From: Amoebophrya sp. A120
Taxonomy: Eukaryota > Protista > Dinoflagellata
DNA length: 64,000 nt
Reading direction: 5' to 3'
NCBI GenBank assembly: GCA_905178155.1
Contig: CAJINV010000021.1
Span: forward strand, 106,106 to 170,105
Below, in pieces: positions 1 through 12,800 of this stretch (position 1 is the first letter of the stretch; every line of letters starts with the position of its first letter). The notes below the pieces were generated by a model. It worked only from the letters and a program-made list of their open reading frames with translations, did not search any database and had not been told where the DNA came from. Made by a program: the position numbers and the translations under genes.

Positions 1-3000
1 GCAGAAGCCGATGAGAAACGAAGATTACAGAAGGAGCATGATTTAGCCGATCTGGAATATGTTGGAGCAAGAACGCGACGAGCAGCTGCAGGATGCGATA
101 ACGAACCAGCAACAGGTAGTACTAGTTCAGCACCTGGTGCTGCGACTACTTCCTTGCAAGAACAGGAGACTAGCGGTGCTGCGCCTCATGCGCCAGCTGA
201 TGTTTTACTTTCACATGGGGGTCGTCGTTCTTGTGGTCCCCCGACGAGCTTGGACGAGCTTTTTATCGCGGACGAGCTCGGACGCCGAGTGGGCACAACA
301 AGTGCCCCGCATAACGCGGACGATCACGATTTGGCCCCGCTTTGTTCATCTCCGAAGACGTCGACCATATTGGAGGCCCGGAGCGCCGCCGGAAAGAATT
401 TCAGGCGATCTAAATATTTTCACAAGGACACCACAACGAGAACCTCTAGTACTGCTAGCACAGCTCCGTCGTTGTACGATCCTCTGCAGGAGTCTCAAAA
501 GCTGGCCAAACAGCTGCAGATTTACGGGGCGGTGATCGCAACGGCGTTTGTCTACCGTTGGATCACAGACCCAGAGAACCGGTCGGACGTGATTTCCTTG
601 CGGAAAGACAAAAAGGAATTCGAGACGGTGCAGGAACTTTTGTCCCTGCTGAGGATCGAACTCCCGGAGGAGAAGAGGAATGGCGCAACTGCTCGGCAGG
701 ACGACCTGCGAAATAGCAAATACTGGTTTTCGGCGGATGCGGTTTCACAGGTGGAAACAAGGATGTTTCATGTCAACAACTTGAAGTTGTTAAAACACTT
801 GCAACAGCGAGGTTACCTCGGTGGACATCATGATGGAAATGAAATCACAGCGAAACAAGGAACGGCAAGTAGTAACCGGAGCCTCATTTCTCCATTCCAC
901 CTGACGAAGACGCTCCTTTTGGAACGCACGATTTTAGAATTCCCCGTGGACTACAGTATATCGGGACGGGATACCTATTCCTCAGCCAACGGGCAGCAGC
1001 TCTCCGAGGCCGATTTGGCGCTGGATGTCGGCGGGTACGCGGTGAGTGCGCAAGTCTTGATGCGGAAGTGGGAAATCGAAAAGAAACGGCTACAGCGGGA
1101 AGAGCTCGCACAGAGACGGACGTTGCACGGGGATGTTGAACAAGATGATTTTCATGCCGCGGAAGATGCAGTGGCGGGAGAAATTCTAAAAGCGCCTATG
1201 ACGACGTCGACCCAAGTAGAAGAGCATTACCTGAAGCATCCTCTGCTGTTTGAGCTCGAAGAGGCGGTTGCGATGCTCGGAGCGTTTGAGGTAAAAGACC
1301 TTGTTGGCAATAAATCTAAAGGCAGCATGTCCTCGTCCTCCGTCCTCGGCCGCGCTGCAGGAATGAGACCACAAAGGACATCAAGAGCAGCTCCTCCACC
1401 GATGATTGCCGTCACCAACCGAGATTACCACAACTGGCTCCTTCTCACGATGCGCGCCGCCTTCCCCCCTGACCTCGAGCGCACTTTCAAGCGGCGGAGG
1501 TTTCCGGGGCGAAAGAATCCAGACGGGTATCCGGCGATCTTAGTCGGGCGGCAATTGGTGGCACGCAGACTGATTCAAGTCGCGAATTTTGAGGCGGAGC
1601 AGGCGGTACTGTTGATGAGACCAAGTGATGTTGGCACCATCTCCATGCCGGAGATAATTTCTCCCTTCCTGAAGGAGCTGCTGGAAAGTTTGGTGCTCGG
1701 ACGGGTTGGCAGGCGAGAAGATTGGAGGATGGACAAAAGCTACACCGTCCGTGAGCAACTGCAGCGGGCGATGCTGTCGGAGTTTCTCGGGAAGGAGAAA
1801 ATGCACGCGTTTGGTGCGTCGGGGTACTTGGTTTTCGAGATTCTGAACGGCCTGCACAAAAAACAATTCGAGCTGGTGGAAGTTGTTGTCGACGACGCAG
1901 TTGTAGAGATGACGAGTGCTGCAGCAGCCGGAGTTTATCCTCGTGGTGCTTCAGCATCCTCGAAGACCATCTCTGGAAAAGAAGCTGCTGGCAGAACTAA
2001 AGAACACAGCACAACTTCTAAGACCAGAAAGTTTTACGTGCAAGGCCGAACGAATTTTCCCCTTCTCGCGTGGGACCACTTGGAAAGCCTGTGTGGGGGC
2101 GCCGGAAACATCAAGATGGCGTGTCACCAGAAACTCGTGCCCTTCCTGCGAGCGTCCAAGGTGCTGACGGAGGTCCTTCTGTCAACATCTTTGCATAATT
2201 CTCCCCCGGTCGACGTGGTTCCTGCTAGTAGCACTGCAATTGGAAGTAGAACTACTTCTGCCCATCAAGAGCAACTAGTACAAGTACAACAGCAACCGGG
2301 TGGTCTGCTTGTTCTACCACAACATCTGCTGCATCAAGAACAACAACCTCCGACGGGAAACAAAGGACCTGTACTGGTAGCGGCGAAGTCCGCTGAGATG
2401 AAGCAAATCCATCCATCGTTTTTCTCCTTCCTGAACCGGCTGCAGGAAAAAAATGCGCTACAACTGTTCTACAAGTCCTGGTTTACCGAAAAACACGTCA
2501 TCATGATCAAACAAGACAGGAACCTGAATTCCCAGACTCGTGGTCGCGTTGTGCAACTGCACGCAGACGTCAAGGGGCCGCTCCGGTGGCAATTGTTTTG
2601 GATTCTCAAGGTGCACGGCCACATCCAAAGAAGTCTCGGAGCACAGGCAGCCGCCGCGCACGCTGCCTTCTTCAATATGGAGCTCGAAGAATACCACGTC
2701 GGGGGGGCTGCTGGTGCTACTGGTGCAAGATCTGCTGCATCGGCTGCATCTCCACCTGTGGCGCAAATGAGGGACTTGTTTGCTGGTACCAATATCTCGA
2801 CTGCGGGACAACTACAAGGATCAGCATCATCGGGTTCGTCTTCGGGGACTGGCGTCTCTGGGTCGGGAGGATATCAAGTGCAAGAACTACTACGAGGGAA
2901 CAATACTATGAGTTCGTTGAACACAGAACAAGAACATCCACATCAAAGCGCAACGACGACCACAGTCGGGGGGGATGAAGCTGATAGCGACGACGCGTCT

Positions 3001-3810
3001 GGCTCGTCTGGAGGAATGAATATGGAAGCTGAAGTAGACTCTGCTACAGGACGACCGGAACTCCTACAAGTTCTTTTCACCGGCGCACAGCCAGTACTAG
3101 AATCTCAATCTCCTCCCTTCTCTCCCGGACTTGAACTTGTTCCCTTGCCCACAACGGAGGTTCTGGCGGCTAGTGATGTTGAGGTGGATATCGACGACCA
3201 TAGTACCGATGATCTCCTTCTTCTTCCTCCACCGTCTGTACTATTAGAAGAACCTGCAGAACGCGACTCGGATGATCATGTTCTTGACGTACTAAGTGAC
3301 CTGGGTACCACAGATGAAGAAGAGTTCCCCCCGATCGAAATCATTGAGCGACCGGTACGGGATTGGGCACGGGAGTTGCTGGGTTCTTCAGGTGACTCGT
3401 CTTCTTCATCTTCTTCCGGTGGCGAGGGCAGCGGTACTAGTACTAGTTTGTCTACTTCCTCGGAGCTTCAGGACAGTGTCGGAGAAAGACGTGTGCGACG
3501 GCGTCGCGGGAGGAGAAGCGAAAGCCTTGCAGGTCGTGGAAGAGCTACTGTGCGGCCAGGACGTGGTCGAGGACCACCAACGGGAGCTCCGCAGCAGGGA
3601 CAGCAGCAGTCTTCGCCGCGACCACCTCCCCAGATGCTTAGCAGAACTCCATCACCCGCGCGTAGAAATCGGTCTCGGTCTCCCGGCTTTAATACTCCAC
3701 AACGACCGGCCAGGATGTCTCCTTCTTCCCCGCGGCCCGCAGGAACAGCAGCAGCAGTAGGACGCCGCCTCGGAGTTTCACTCCGTCCCCGCGCCACCGT
3801 ATTAGTTTAG
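1..3810 (+). CDS. Hypothetical protein, 5'-partial (>1260 aa), with low-complexity S/P/R-rich C-terminus; probably continues to 4360
   Basis: Frame 1 is open from base 1 to TAG at 3808-3810. GC3-rich blocks alternate with low-complexity linkers. No family recognised. Confidence 0.75.
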   Translation, partial: AEADEKRRLQKEHDLADLEYVGARTRRAAAGCDNEPATGSTSSAPGAATTSLQEQETSGAAPHAPADVLLSHGGRRSCGPPTSLDELFIADELGRRVGTTSAPHNADDHDLAPLCSSPKTSTILEARSAAGKNFRRSKYFHKDTTTRTSSTASTAPSLYDPLQESQKLAKQLQIYGAVIATAFVYRWITDPENRSDVISLRKDKKEFETVQELLSLLRIELPEEKRNGATARQDDLRNSKYWFSADAVSQVETRMFHVNNLKLLKHLQQRGYLGGHHDGNEITAKQGTASSNRSLISPFHLTKTLLLERTILEFPVDYSISGRDTYSSANGQQLSEADLALDVGGYAVSAQVLMRKWEIEKKRLQREELAQRRTLHGDVEQDDFHAAEDAVAGEILKAPMTTSTQVEEHYLKHPLLFELEEAVAMLGAFEVKDLVGNKSKGSMSSSSVLGRAAGMRPQRTSRAAPPPMIAVTNRDYHNWLLLTMRAAFPPDLERTFKRRRFPGRKNPDGYPAILVGRQLVARRLIQVANFEAEQAVLLMRPSDVGTISMPEIISPFLKELLESLVLGRVGRREDWRMDKSYTVREQLQRAMLSEFLGKEKMHAFGASGYLVFEILNGLHKKQFELVEVVVDDAVVEMTSAAAAGVYPRGASASSKTISGKEAAGRTKEHSTTSKTRKFYVQGRTNFPLLAWDHLESLCGGAGNIKMACHQKLVPFLRASKVLTEVLLSTSLHNSPPVDVVPASSTAIGSRTTSAHQEQLVQVQQQPGGLLVLPQHLLHQEQQPPTGNKGPVLVAAKSAEMKQIHPSFFSFLNRLQEKNALQLFYKSWFTEKHVIMIKQDRNLNSQTRGRVVQLHADVKGPLRWQLFWILKVHGHIQRSLGAQAAAAHAAFFNMELEEYHVGGAAGATGARSAASAASPPVAQMRDLFAGTNISTAGQLQGSASSGSSSGTGVSGSGGYQVQELLRGNNTMSSLNTEQEHPHQSATTTTVGGDEADSDDASGSSGGMNMEAEVDSATGRPELLQVLFTGAQPVLESQSPPFSPGLELVPLPTTEVLAASDVEVDIDDHSTDDLLLLPPPSVLLEEPAERDSDDHVLDVLSDLGTTDEEEFPPIEIIERPVRDWARELLGSSGDSSSSSSSGGEGSGTSTSLSTSSELQDSVGERRVRRRRGRRSESLAGRGRATVRPGRGRGPPTGAPQQGQQQSSPRPPPQMLSRTPSPARRNRSRSPGFNTPQRPARMSPSSPRPAGTAAAVGRRLGVSLRPRATVLV

Positions 3811-4360
3811 TAGTCCGCGGACGACGAGGACGGCGTCGTTTTCTCCACCAGTTCGTCCAGGTGCTACGGCACAACGGACGCCGCCCCGCACCCCATCGCC
3901 GAGAACAATTCCAGGAGGACAGCGGTCGCCGGAGATTGCTTCCCCAAGTACAACAACTAGAACCCCCGACGTGTTCATACAACAGCGACGCGCCTCCAGT
4001 TCTTCGCCAGGAGTAGAGGAGTCAACATTGCCGTCGTGGTCTTCGCGGCCCGCAGTTCTGGTCGGTTCGTGTGGCAGTACCTCTCCTAGAGCGGCCTCGT
4101 CACAAACGCCGCCGCCGCGGCGGGCGACGATGGGAAATGGAAGTAGAGGCAGCCCTGTTCATCATATCGTCTCAAGCGAAACTACAGATGAAAGTGCGGC
4201 CACAGCCACGCCTTCTAGTCGTCTCCCCCTGCAAGTAGGTGGACCCGACGAACAAATCAATCTCAGCGCAAGTAGGTGGACCCGGTCCGAGTCCTCTGAT
4301 GCGACGGAGCGAGACCAGCTTATGCTGGACGAGGTTCATGAGCAGAATTCTTTTTCGTGA
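3806..4360 (+). CDS. Probable C-terminal continuation of the preceding gene (S/P/R/T-rich) after a frameshift or short intron
   Basis: Frame 2 is open from 3806 (FSSPRTTRTASFSPP...) into the ORF 3971..4360, with the same composition as the upstream ORF tail. Confidence 0.45.
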   Translation, partial: FSSPRTTRTASFSPPVRPGATAQRTPPRTPSPRTIPGGQRSPEIASPSTTTRTPDVFIQQRRASSSSPGVEESTLPSWSSRPAVLVGSCGSTSPRAASSQTPPPRRATMGNGSRGSPVHHIVSSETTDESAATATPSSRLPLQVGGPDEQINLSASRWTRSESSDATERDQLMLDEVHEQNSFS

Positions 4361-6877
4361 CTTGAACGAGACGAGTATGTTGCGGCAGGTCCACGAAACA
4401 GCTTCTTCCATAGTATATGTTGCACCACTACAAAATAATTCCGAAGAACAACAATTACAAGCGCTCCTGCGAAAGATTCTCTTTTGATGTGGAACGGCGC
4501 CACTTTTCTTTGGTCAGTTTCCTACGAAACATGTATGACACAGGATAGTTGTCAACACTCTTTCGAGTCTTTTTTACCCAGTATTTGTTAGTTTTGAGAA
4601 TTGTATTGTAATTGTATCTTTAGAAGAAGAAGACCCACGACGACCAAAAGGCGATTTATCCGCCATATCAAATAGTGTACTGATTGCACAGCGGTGTGCT
4701 TACTTAATCGAAGTCGAACCATTTTGGGAGAGGCGCTTTCATATTACTTTCCCGTATCTAGTTATTCGAAAATATCAGAAGATGTCTACTTGTTTTGCCA
4801 AAAATTTATAATTAAAGTGGCCATCGGGGGTTATTGTGACACCATAACTCAGCCTGCATTCCTCCATATTAGCCATAGACAGTGAAATTAAAAGTGTGAA
4901 GTTGCTCTATGTGGACGAAGTTCTCTACTTTGTAGTTGTGCAGTGATTTATACCGTAGATTATGGCCACCTGCGTTGATTGTGTCACGTTCACGTGTTGT
5001 ATGTAGTGAGCTCACCGAACAACAATTATACACTCGTGGAACAGAAAATTGAACCCTGCTGCGTTGCACGCGATGTATTTCGTTCTAGTGCATAAAAATT
5101 ATTCCTGCAACCGAATTGGAGTAATGTGCGGCTCATGCGGTTCTCGCGCATGAAGATTTTAATCCTAGCATGCTACCACAGCAATTGCAACTGTGGAAAC
5201 TACCGCAAATGCACCGAATTACTTATGCAATCAGGGAGGTGTTAACAATGGATCCTGGGCCCGGAACTGGTCCTCTTGCAGGGTAGTAACGACAGATTGG
5301 GTTTGTGATCTGGCACAAATAATTTTTTTAAGTGCTGGCCTAGGTGAATTTTTGCAAGAAAGCTTTAGGCGAAAGCCTTCTTATGTGGTACTTTTCTTTT
5401 CCGATGGGTTTTCACCGCACACAAGATGAACTTAGAAAGCTACCTTCTATATTTACGTACTCTTACAAGTACGTCATTCTACACTATTCCAAGTACCTGA
5501 AAGACAAGCGTGATAAGGTCCCCTCTTTATTGTGTCTCCGGATGAAACAAGCTCATGTTGGTCTACTTCTGGCTCTGGCGCAGCGTCGCGGAGTGAAAAT
5601 GAACATTGGATGAGCTCTCAATTGTTAGATTGACCGGGCATCAACAACGGAACTGTGGTCGAAGTAGTTTCTGATGAAGGAACTACAAATTCCAGCTAAT
5701 TCCTTGGCCACGGACGCTGACAACATGATGAAAATGAACACCCCCTCGATGTATGCCATGTCTATTTGAAGACATTTCCGTTTCCCTTTCGTACACTGAA
5801 GCGTAAAATTGAAAAGAAATGGAAAGAATCTTATGGCTCAACTTCTGTGTGCCTTTTCTCCTTGGGAGATTGCGAAAATATCGTCCGGTCTGTTCCACTT
5901 GCAACGTCATGTATTTATTTTTTCACGAAAGAACGATGCACGCAGCAGTCCGCCAAAGGGCACACTGCCAACATCATCATCGTCAACGATGAGATTTATA
6001 TTTTTATTGTTAGCGGAGTCGTTTAGCAAAATGGTTTTTGCGTGTTCTTGTACTTTCTCCAGCAGTTTCGTATGAGGAGTTTCGTCCTGGTGAGGAGAGA
6101 AAAAACTGGCTTGCGTTGTTATCTCTTCATCGAGAAGTTAGGTGAGCTGCGAAAAAAAAGCGCGACGGCGCTGACCGGAACTTGAAGAGAAAAGAAAACA
6201 TAAAAGATTGCAAATTTGTTGTGTATTACATCTTCATGGCTAGTGGTTGCGTCTTTTCATTCATTTTTTTGCCCTCCGGTCGATTTTGGCCGCGTGTGAA
6301 ATCGGCAAAAATAAACACTCTGAAGAAAAACTTTGACTTCAACATCTTCTAGCGGGTACTATAGGACACAGACCAAAGAGTCGGTCCACCAAGAACGATT
6401 TACTACCTGGTGAGAGGTCGTAGAGAGCCTTAGTCGAAATTATGACCTTCGAAGGGAACAAAATGATGAATCCCGAAGCCACAATATCCTCGAGAAATTC
6501 AAAACGGCGCGTCGTGGCGAATCTAGCTAGTGGAGCGAGCTACTGCAGAGCCGCCGAAGCCAGGAGAGATTCCTCTGATCGGAGCAGCTGCAACAGGAAG
6601 TCTGCCCCGCCTGATCTTGTTTCGGCGCTGCAGCCGGACCACCTCCAAGGTCTTCTAACTTCTACAGCAGGGTTGGTTTATAATTTTCTCGGGCGCCAGG
6701 GCTTGTAGAAAGAGGGCAAGAGCTACTACTTCCATCTAGGTGGAACCACGACTCCGGAGTCGAGAGGCGAACGACGAACAACGGCATCAAAGAAGCTCCA
6801 GGAACAACAAGAAGTACTTCTAGCAGACCGGACTGTGAGTAGTTCGTGCAAGAAGAAGTACGTAGAGCGAAACAAAA

Positions 6878-9800
6878 ATGCTTACCCCAGTGAAAGATGT
6901 TGCAAAAGAGCCCGCTTTCGCGGAGTTCGCGACACAGGAGTCCACCAGCGAGGTCATCTCGGAGGTGCTTCGCGTTTTTTTCAAGAAGCCGGAGCAGAAC
7001 CAGAAGCTGAGCGACTTGGTCGATGCGCATGACGTCGTGCTGCCCCGCTTCGGGTTGACAAATACCGAAGTCGGACTGCAGATCTACCGCGCGCTGGTGA
7101 AGTGGTTCAACGACAGCAGTGCCGCGGAGGAAAAGAAGCGTGTCGGCGGCCCCGCGACGCAGCGGGCAAGGAAAAATGCCATTGGCGGGCAAGGAGCAGG
7201 AGGTTCTCTGAACAATCATGGTGGTAGCATTTCTAGGGTGCCGCAGCAGAATTATACCAAAGCTGCGACGACGAACAGTTCCTCAACTGCTTTCAAGCCC
7301 AAACTTGTTTTGGCGGCACCGAGAGCTGCAGGGTCTCCTGGACAGTTGTCCTCATCTTCAGCAAGAACTACTGCAGTAGGAGTACAGCAGCCTTCTTCTT
7401 CGCGCATCAATCACCAGAACTTCTCAAAGAGTACGAGCCCACGGTTACAGTCTGCTGCGGACGACCTCCCGAGGCGGCCCCGCACCTATTTGGGTCAGTT
7501 CCTGCACCACCAAAACTACCAGCAGGGAGGGAGCAGCAGCAGCACGTCGCCGATGGTGCGACTACATTCACATGGTTCTACTGGTGCCCCCGCGTCGAAG
7601 AGTACAACAAATTCCGCGAGTCCGATGCTGCTCGAGTTCTCCAGCCCGGAATTCGGCGGGAGGGGGGGAAGGGCCAAGTTGATGTCGAGGAGCAGTGAGG
7701 ATTTAGCGCGGAGTGCCGCCTTTCATGATGGAAAAAATAATCTCCATCTTTCAATACGAACGCCACGGTTGGGAGAAACATGTAAAGGCTCTTCCTCGAC
7801 AGCGACGTCCGCCACGCACCAGCAAAATTCATTTCTCTCGAAGAGTTTCGATGGCTCCACGCCTCGCCGAACTGTTCTATCGCCCCCCTTTCCCGAAGCG
7901 GTAGGACCACGACTACACCTCCAGCAAGACACCGGCGAGGACCAGAGCAGAATAAATTCGAAGATGAACAGAGTGGCGGACGATGTTCTCCGCGCTTCGT
8001 TCGAGAAGAGGTCCCCAAGCCACGCGGACGGTTTGCCGGTGCCTGTCCTCATTCCGAGTTCTTTGAGGTCATCCAGGGAACTGTCGCCGATATTGCCAGT
8101 GGTTCGGGATCAATTACAACACGACGAAAATCCTGTTGTCAATGAGGCACAGGATGATCATCATGATGTCCCGCGAGCGACCTCCCCCACCCCAAGTAAG
8201 ATCTCCTCATCGACGACCAACGGGATAACAAGTGGCGCGGCAGTTGTACCAGGCAACTTCGATCCGAAACCGCAAGAGCAGTTAGGTCGGAAGTCGAGCG
8301 GCTTTTTTGGAGATGATGGTAAACAACATGCCAGCCCGACGAGGAGAGCTGCACCCTTCAGCACTGCAGCAGCTGCGACAACGACGTCGAGGCCGATTGG
8401 GGCTTGGTCCTCGGAGCGCAGCGTGCACTTTAACGAGCTTCAGCCCAAAGGCCAGCACCAGGACGACCCTCCTGCGTCCTCGCTGCTTGCACCGCCACCG
8501 CCCCTGCTAGTCGGGAGAAGTGGCAGCAGCAGCAGCACTGGTGTGAGCAGCACCCGAACTGGGCAGCAACTGCAGCCTCCGCACGCTCCGCCCCCAACAG
8601 CGCGGGCGCTAACGCCGGAGCCAAGTAGAACCTTTTCGACTTCTGCTGGGACGAGCCAAAAATTAGGTTTGTTTCGGAGGTCAATTCCCAGTGCTACGGT
8701 TGGATATACCACCACCGGCTTAATTTCAGCAGAAAATAACCAAACCAATCCCGCTGGTAGCAAGCTCATCGAGGGTCTGGGCTTGTCCGACGAAATTCGG
8801 GAGGCATTGTCGAAGTCGCTGGATATCTACGACCGACATGGGACGAAGAAGAGAAGGATCACTACTGGTAAAAGCCAGGCTTTGAATGCAGACGAAAGAA
8901 CGTCAACTTCCAAGTCCTCCAGGACGAACCATTCCTTTGCTCCCCCCGACCTGGTCGAAAGTTCATTCACAACCTCTCGTAGAGAGGGGCGCGATGAAAC
9001 GGCAATAGGCGTCGAATTATACGACCCTCGGACGTCCTCATCCCAACAAGGGTTGTTGTCCACCTCTGCTGGTGCAGCACAGGAGCTACCTCCTCACGCC
9101 TCCCCCGAGCGTCCGTCCCGGAGCAAGGTCCGCGAACCGCCGAAAACGGGAGCGCTCCTGCTGCATGACCACCATCAAAGGGTGAAAATGATGTCCGCCG
9201 GCAGCCTGCAGTCCAGTCCCCGAGAAAGACTAGGAAAGCGAGATATTAAAGGGGAGGATCCCGATGATGAAAAGCGGTCCCCCGGGGAGATTTCCCTCGC
9301 GGACAGTTGCTACATTGTTTCGAAGTACGAATCGCCCGGCGCTTTGTCGCTTCTGTCCGAGGATGAGCGGGTGTTTTTGGAAGCGAAACAGAGGGACCAG
9401 TTGCTACCCGCGACCAGGCTGATCGACACGGTCGATTGGGGCAATTTCGACAGCAACGACGTGATCGCGCGCGCCTTTCGGTTCCGGCAGCTGCAGCGGA
9501 TCCACTTCGTCAAGTGGCAAAGGTGGCTCTGGGATTGCTGGAAGAAAGAAGGGGTAAGTACTTACTACTACGAAGGAATTTTGATAGATGGCTGCGCATG
9601 CACACACTGTCTTCGATATGTTTGTTTCCGCATGACAAATAGTGAAAAAAGTACACTACAACGACCTTATATACAATTCTGAGGTCGCCGAAGCGTTCTA
9701 CGCGAAGCGGATCGGCCCGCGGCGGTTGCCCCGGTACTTTCGGCACTATCTTGAGGGGATCCAAAACGAAAAAAGGCACCGGGACGAGGTGGACGACTTT

Positions 9801-12800
9801 TACACGACGATCTGCCTGAAACTGTTGCAAAAGTACTTCCACAAGCTGCGGCGCTTCATGCAATTTTCCCAGCGGATCTCCGCGTTCATATCAAGTGCAA
9901 AAATGTCTGGGTCGGAAAAAGTGGAACTTGTCATGCTAAATCTGAATCGTGTAAGAATCTGTGTTGCATGATTACCAAAAGCTGTCCATTTTTGACCTTA
10001 GTTATCGAGAGGCAGTTTTTCATGCAGGATAGGCATGATAGAACTCTCAGAGAATCTGTCATGCTATGTCCTACATACCAGACCTCATGGGTCATGGAAA
10101 ACCTGCATGACACGTCCGGCATTCTTCCAGACCCAGACACTTTTGCATTTGATAGTTCACCGAAACGAACCAGCTGCGGGTGCAGCGGCTCTGCGTGCAC
10201 CGGTGGAAGCGGTTTCGCGAGGAGGAGCGGGTGCGCAAGTCCTACCGGGTTTTGGCCTGCTTCTACGAGTGGCGAAACGTGTTCCTGGACAAAAAATTGG
10301 AACATTTACGTGCGGAAACCTCCCGGCTGGACAAGCAGGTGGCGGAGAAGGTCGCCGTCACCGCGAAGGGGATGCGCGAATCCGAGATTGCGGAACTGTT
10401 TCTGCCCGACTGCCAAATCTCCGAGCTGGAGCGGCAAGCCGTGTCGGTCATCCAGAAACTCCTGACGGCCCCGGCCGCGGTGGTGCGGCTGCTGCAGGGC
10501 CACAGCAGTTGCCAGCTCGCGGTCTTCGGGTCGTCGGCGGCTACTTCTACTGCGTTGGGCGGTCGTTCATCTGTGAGGATGTTGAACAGTGGAACAGGAA
10601 AAATTGTTCCGTCATTTCGCGGCGCCAGGTCGCAGTCTCCCAGCACCACGACTTTGGGCGTGCTTCGCAGAACGCGGAGTGCCCGGGAAATGGGTGCCAG
10701 TGCAGCCGGACAGAACAACTATGCGTCCTCTTTTGCCCCGGTCAGTCGAAGCAGCAGGATATTGCCCGGAGGAGGTGAGCCGAATATTAACGCAGGCTCG
10801 CTACTTTCTCCCGCCACCATAACCGAAGGCGTCCCGTTCTCGCCGCAACACGGCTCCGAGCACAGACTCTTGGCACCTATCGCTCGGCCCGGCGGTGGTA
10901 CAACTGCAGCTTCACGTCCGCCACAAACCAGTCCGAGAGATGAATTGGTCGCAGACGAGACGGCGAAAATGTCCTCGCGGAAGGTCGATTTGGTACAACC
11001 AAGAAGTCCAAGATCCGCTCGAGGGAGCTACAGAAACAACAACAAAAATGCACGCAGCACGAAACTTCTGCAGCGGGGTCTATTGGGAAATACTGCGCCA
11101 GCATCCGCTTTCGCCGCCGCGGCCAAGAGTGGCGGGAAGATGCTTCTGCTTGGAAATGTGTCCGGGAAAAGGATTTTGAACTCCGCGCGAGGTGCTGCAA
11201 CGTCAGGAGGTCCTCTAGTAGCTAAATCGAAAATCGTTACCTCCGCGGTGGCGAAGGCAAAAACCAGAATACGAAATTATCGGACCGGGGGCACAGGGGT
11301 TTCTGCCGGTGGTGCAGCTGCATTTGGCCAACAAGTTCCAAATAACGCAAGCGCGGGGAAGACAAACACAAACGCCGCTGCACAACAAGGTACTGCCCAG
11401 CACCGCCCCCGTGCCATCTCCTCCGAGTCGTATTCGCTCTTGCAGGAGCGTCCCCGGAGCAACAGTTCGCTGATCGTGACCAGCCCATCCCGGTCGGTGT
11501 CCAGGTACCAGTACGACGTAGTCGAAAGTGAGGTGCCAAGACACCAAAGGTCCACGGCCAGCACGCGGGTGCGAAATTACAGTAACGACGGATCGATTTC
11601 TCCGATGCGATCAGCAAGAAGTAGGAGCGGGACGCCGAGGTCGGCAGCGGGAGGAGGTGCGAGTAATTCGCCTGGAAGGTCATCGAGGAGAAAAAAGCGG
11701 AGCAGGAGCTTTTCTAACACGGCGAAAAACGGCGCTCTTGCTGTTGTGCCGGATCATGATGTACTTGATTATTCAGCTGCTGCTGCGCACCAGTTCTGCT
11801 CTCCCACTACCACTTCCCTCGCCGGCTATCTGTCCCCCCGCCTGCACTTCGAGGTGCTTGATGGCCGCTCGCAATCCACAGTGCCAACACCCTTGACCAC
11901 TACGGAACCGCCACCAGCGCGCGCGCGGTCCTCTACCGCGTTGTACGCTGCGGAGCATTTGAGGAGCAATTCAAGGTCACGTGTCACGGTCGCGGAAGCA
12001 GGATCAAAAAACGATCGGAAACGGTCCTACAGTGACTACGGAACAAGTGTCGGAGCAGCCGCCGCGTATCAACATCGAGAGGACCAGGCGCCCAGCTTTG
12101 CAGATGATGATCTTCAACATTACAAATGCAATGCGGACTTTGGTTCCAACGAGGCCGAGATATTGGGCTTTGAGCTTGAAGAGCAGCCGAAGGATCTCTC
12201 GTCCCATCTGTACGAGCAGAAATACCTCCACATTGCCCCGGGACTGAAGTCCGCTTCCTTTTTTCAGGACCACCCGTTGCTATCGTCCACTTTGCACAAA
12301 TGCAAATCTACAACGAGAACGACAAGTTCAGCAACTTCTGTACTAGCGCCGCCACAAAATAACTCGGTTTTCGTTCCGGACGGCGGCATGGTGCTCCCCC
12401 TGATCGAAACCGCGGCGGCCGAAACCTGGAACGAGAGATGCAACCTGGCGTTTGCGTTCCACAAAACGGCCAAACTCCGCACGTCGTTCCAGCGGCGGGT
12501 GCTGGCCGGGAGTCGGCGGGCGCACGTGTGTTTGAAAACCGCCTTCACGGCCTGGAAACAGATGGGGTTGGTTTTGCAGCGAATTCGGCTCGTTTCTTCC
12601 CAGATCGAGCTGCAGTTTCGGAAACGGTTCTTTTTCCGGATTTTCAGCCGCATCCGGATCCCCTTCTGCGTCAACCAGCGGCGAAAAGAGCAACTTTTGC
12701 GAGAAAGAGGAACCACTTGTGGTCAAAGACTTGCGCTGCGAACGTTTCGGAAGTTCACTGTGCTCGCGAAGAAAACGAAGTTGATTGAGGAGAAAGTCCA

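Noticed and set aside
3799-3805. 7-nt GTATTAG micro-intron that would restore the frame
   Set aside because: Far below any known spliceosomal intron size; a longer intron or indel errors explain the break more simply.
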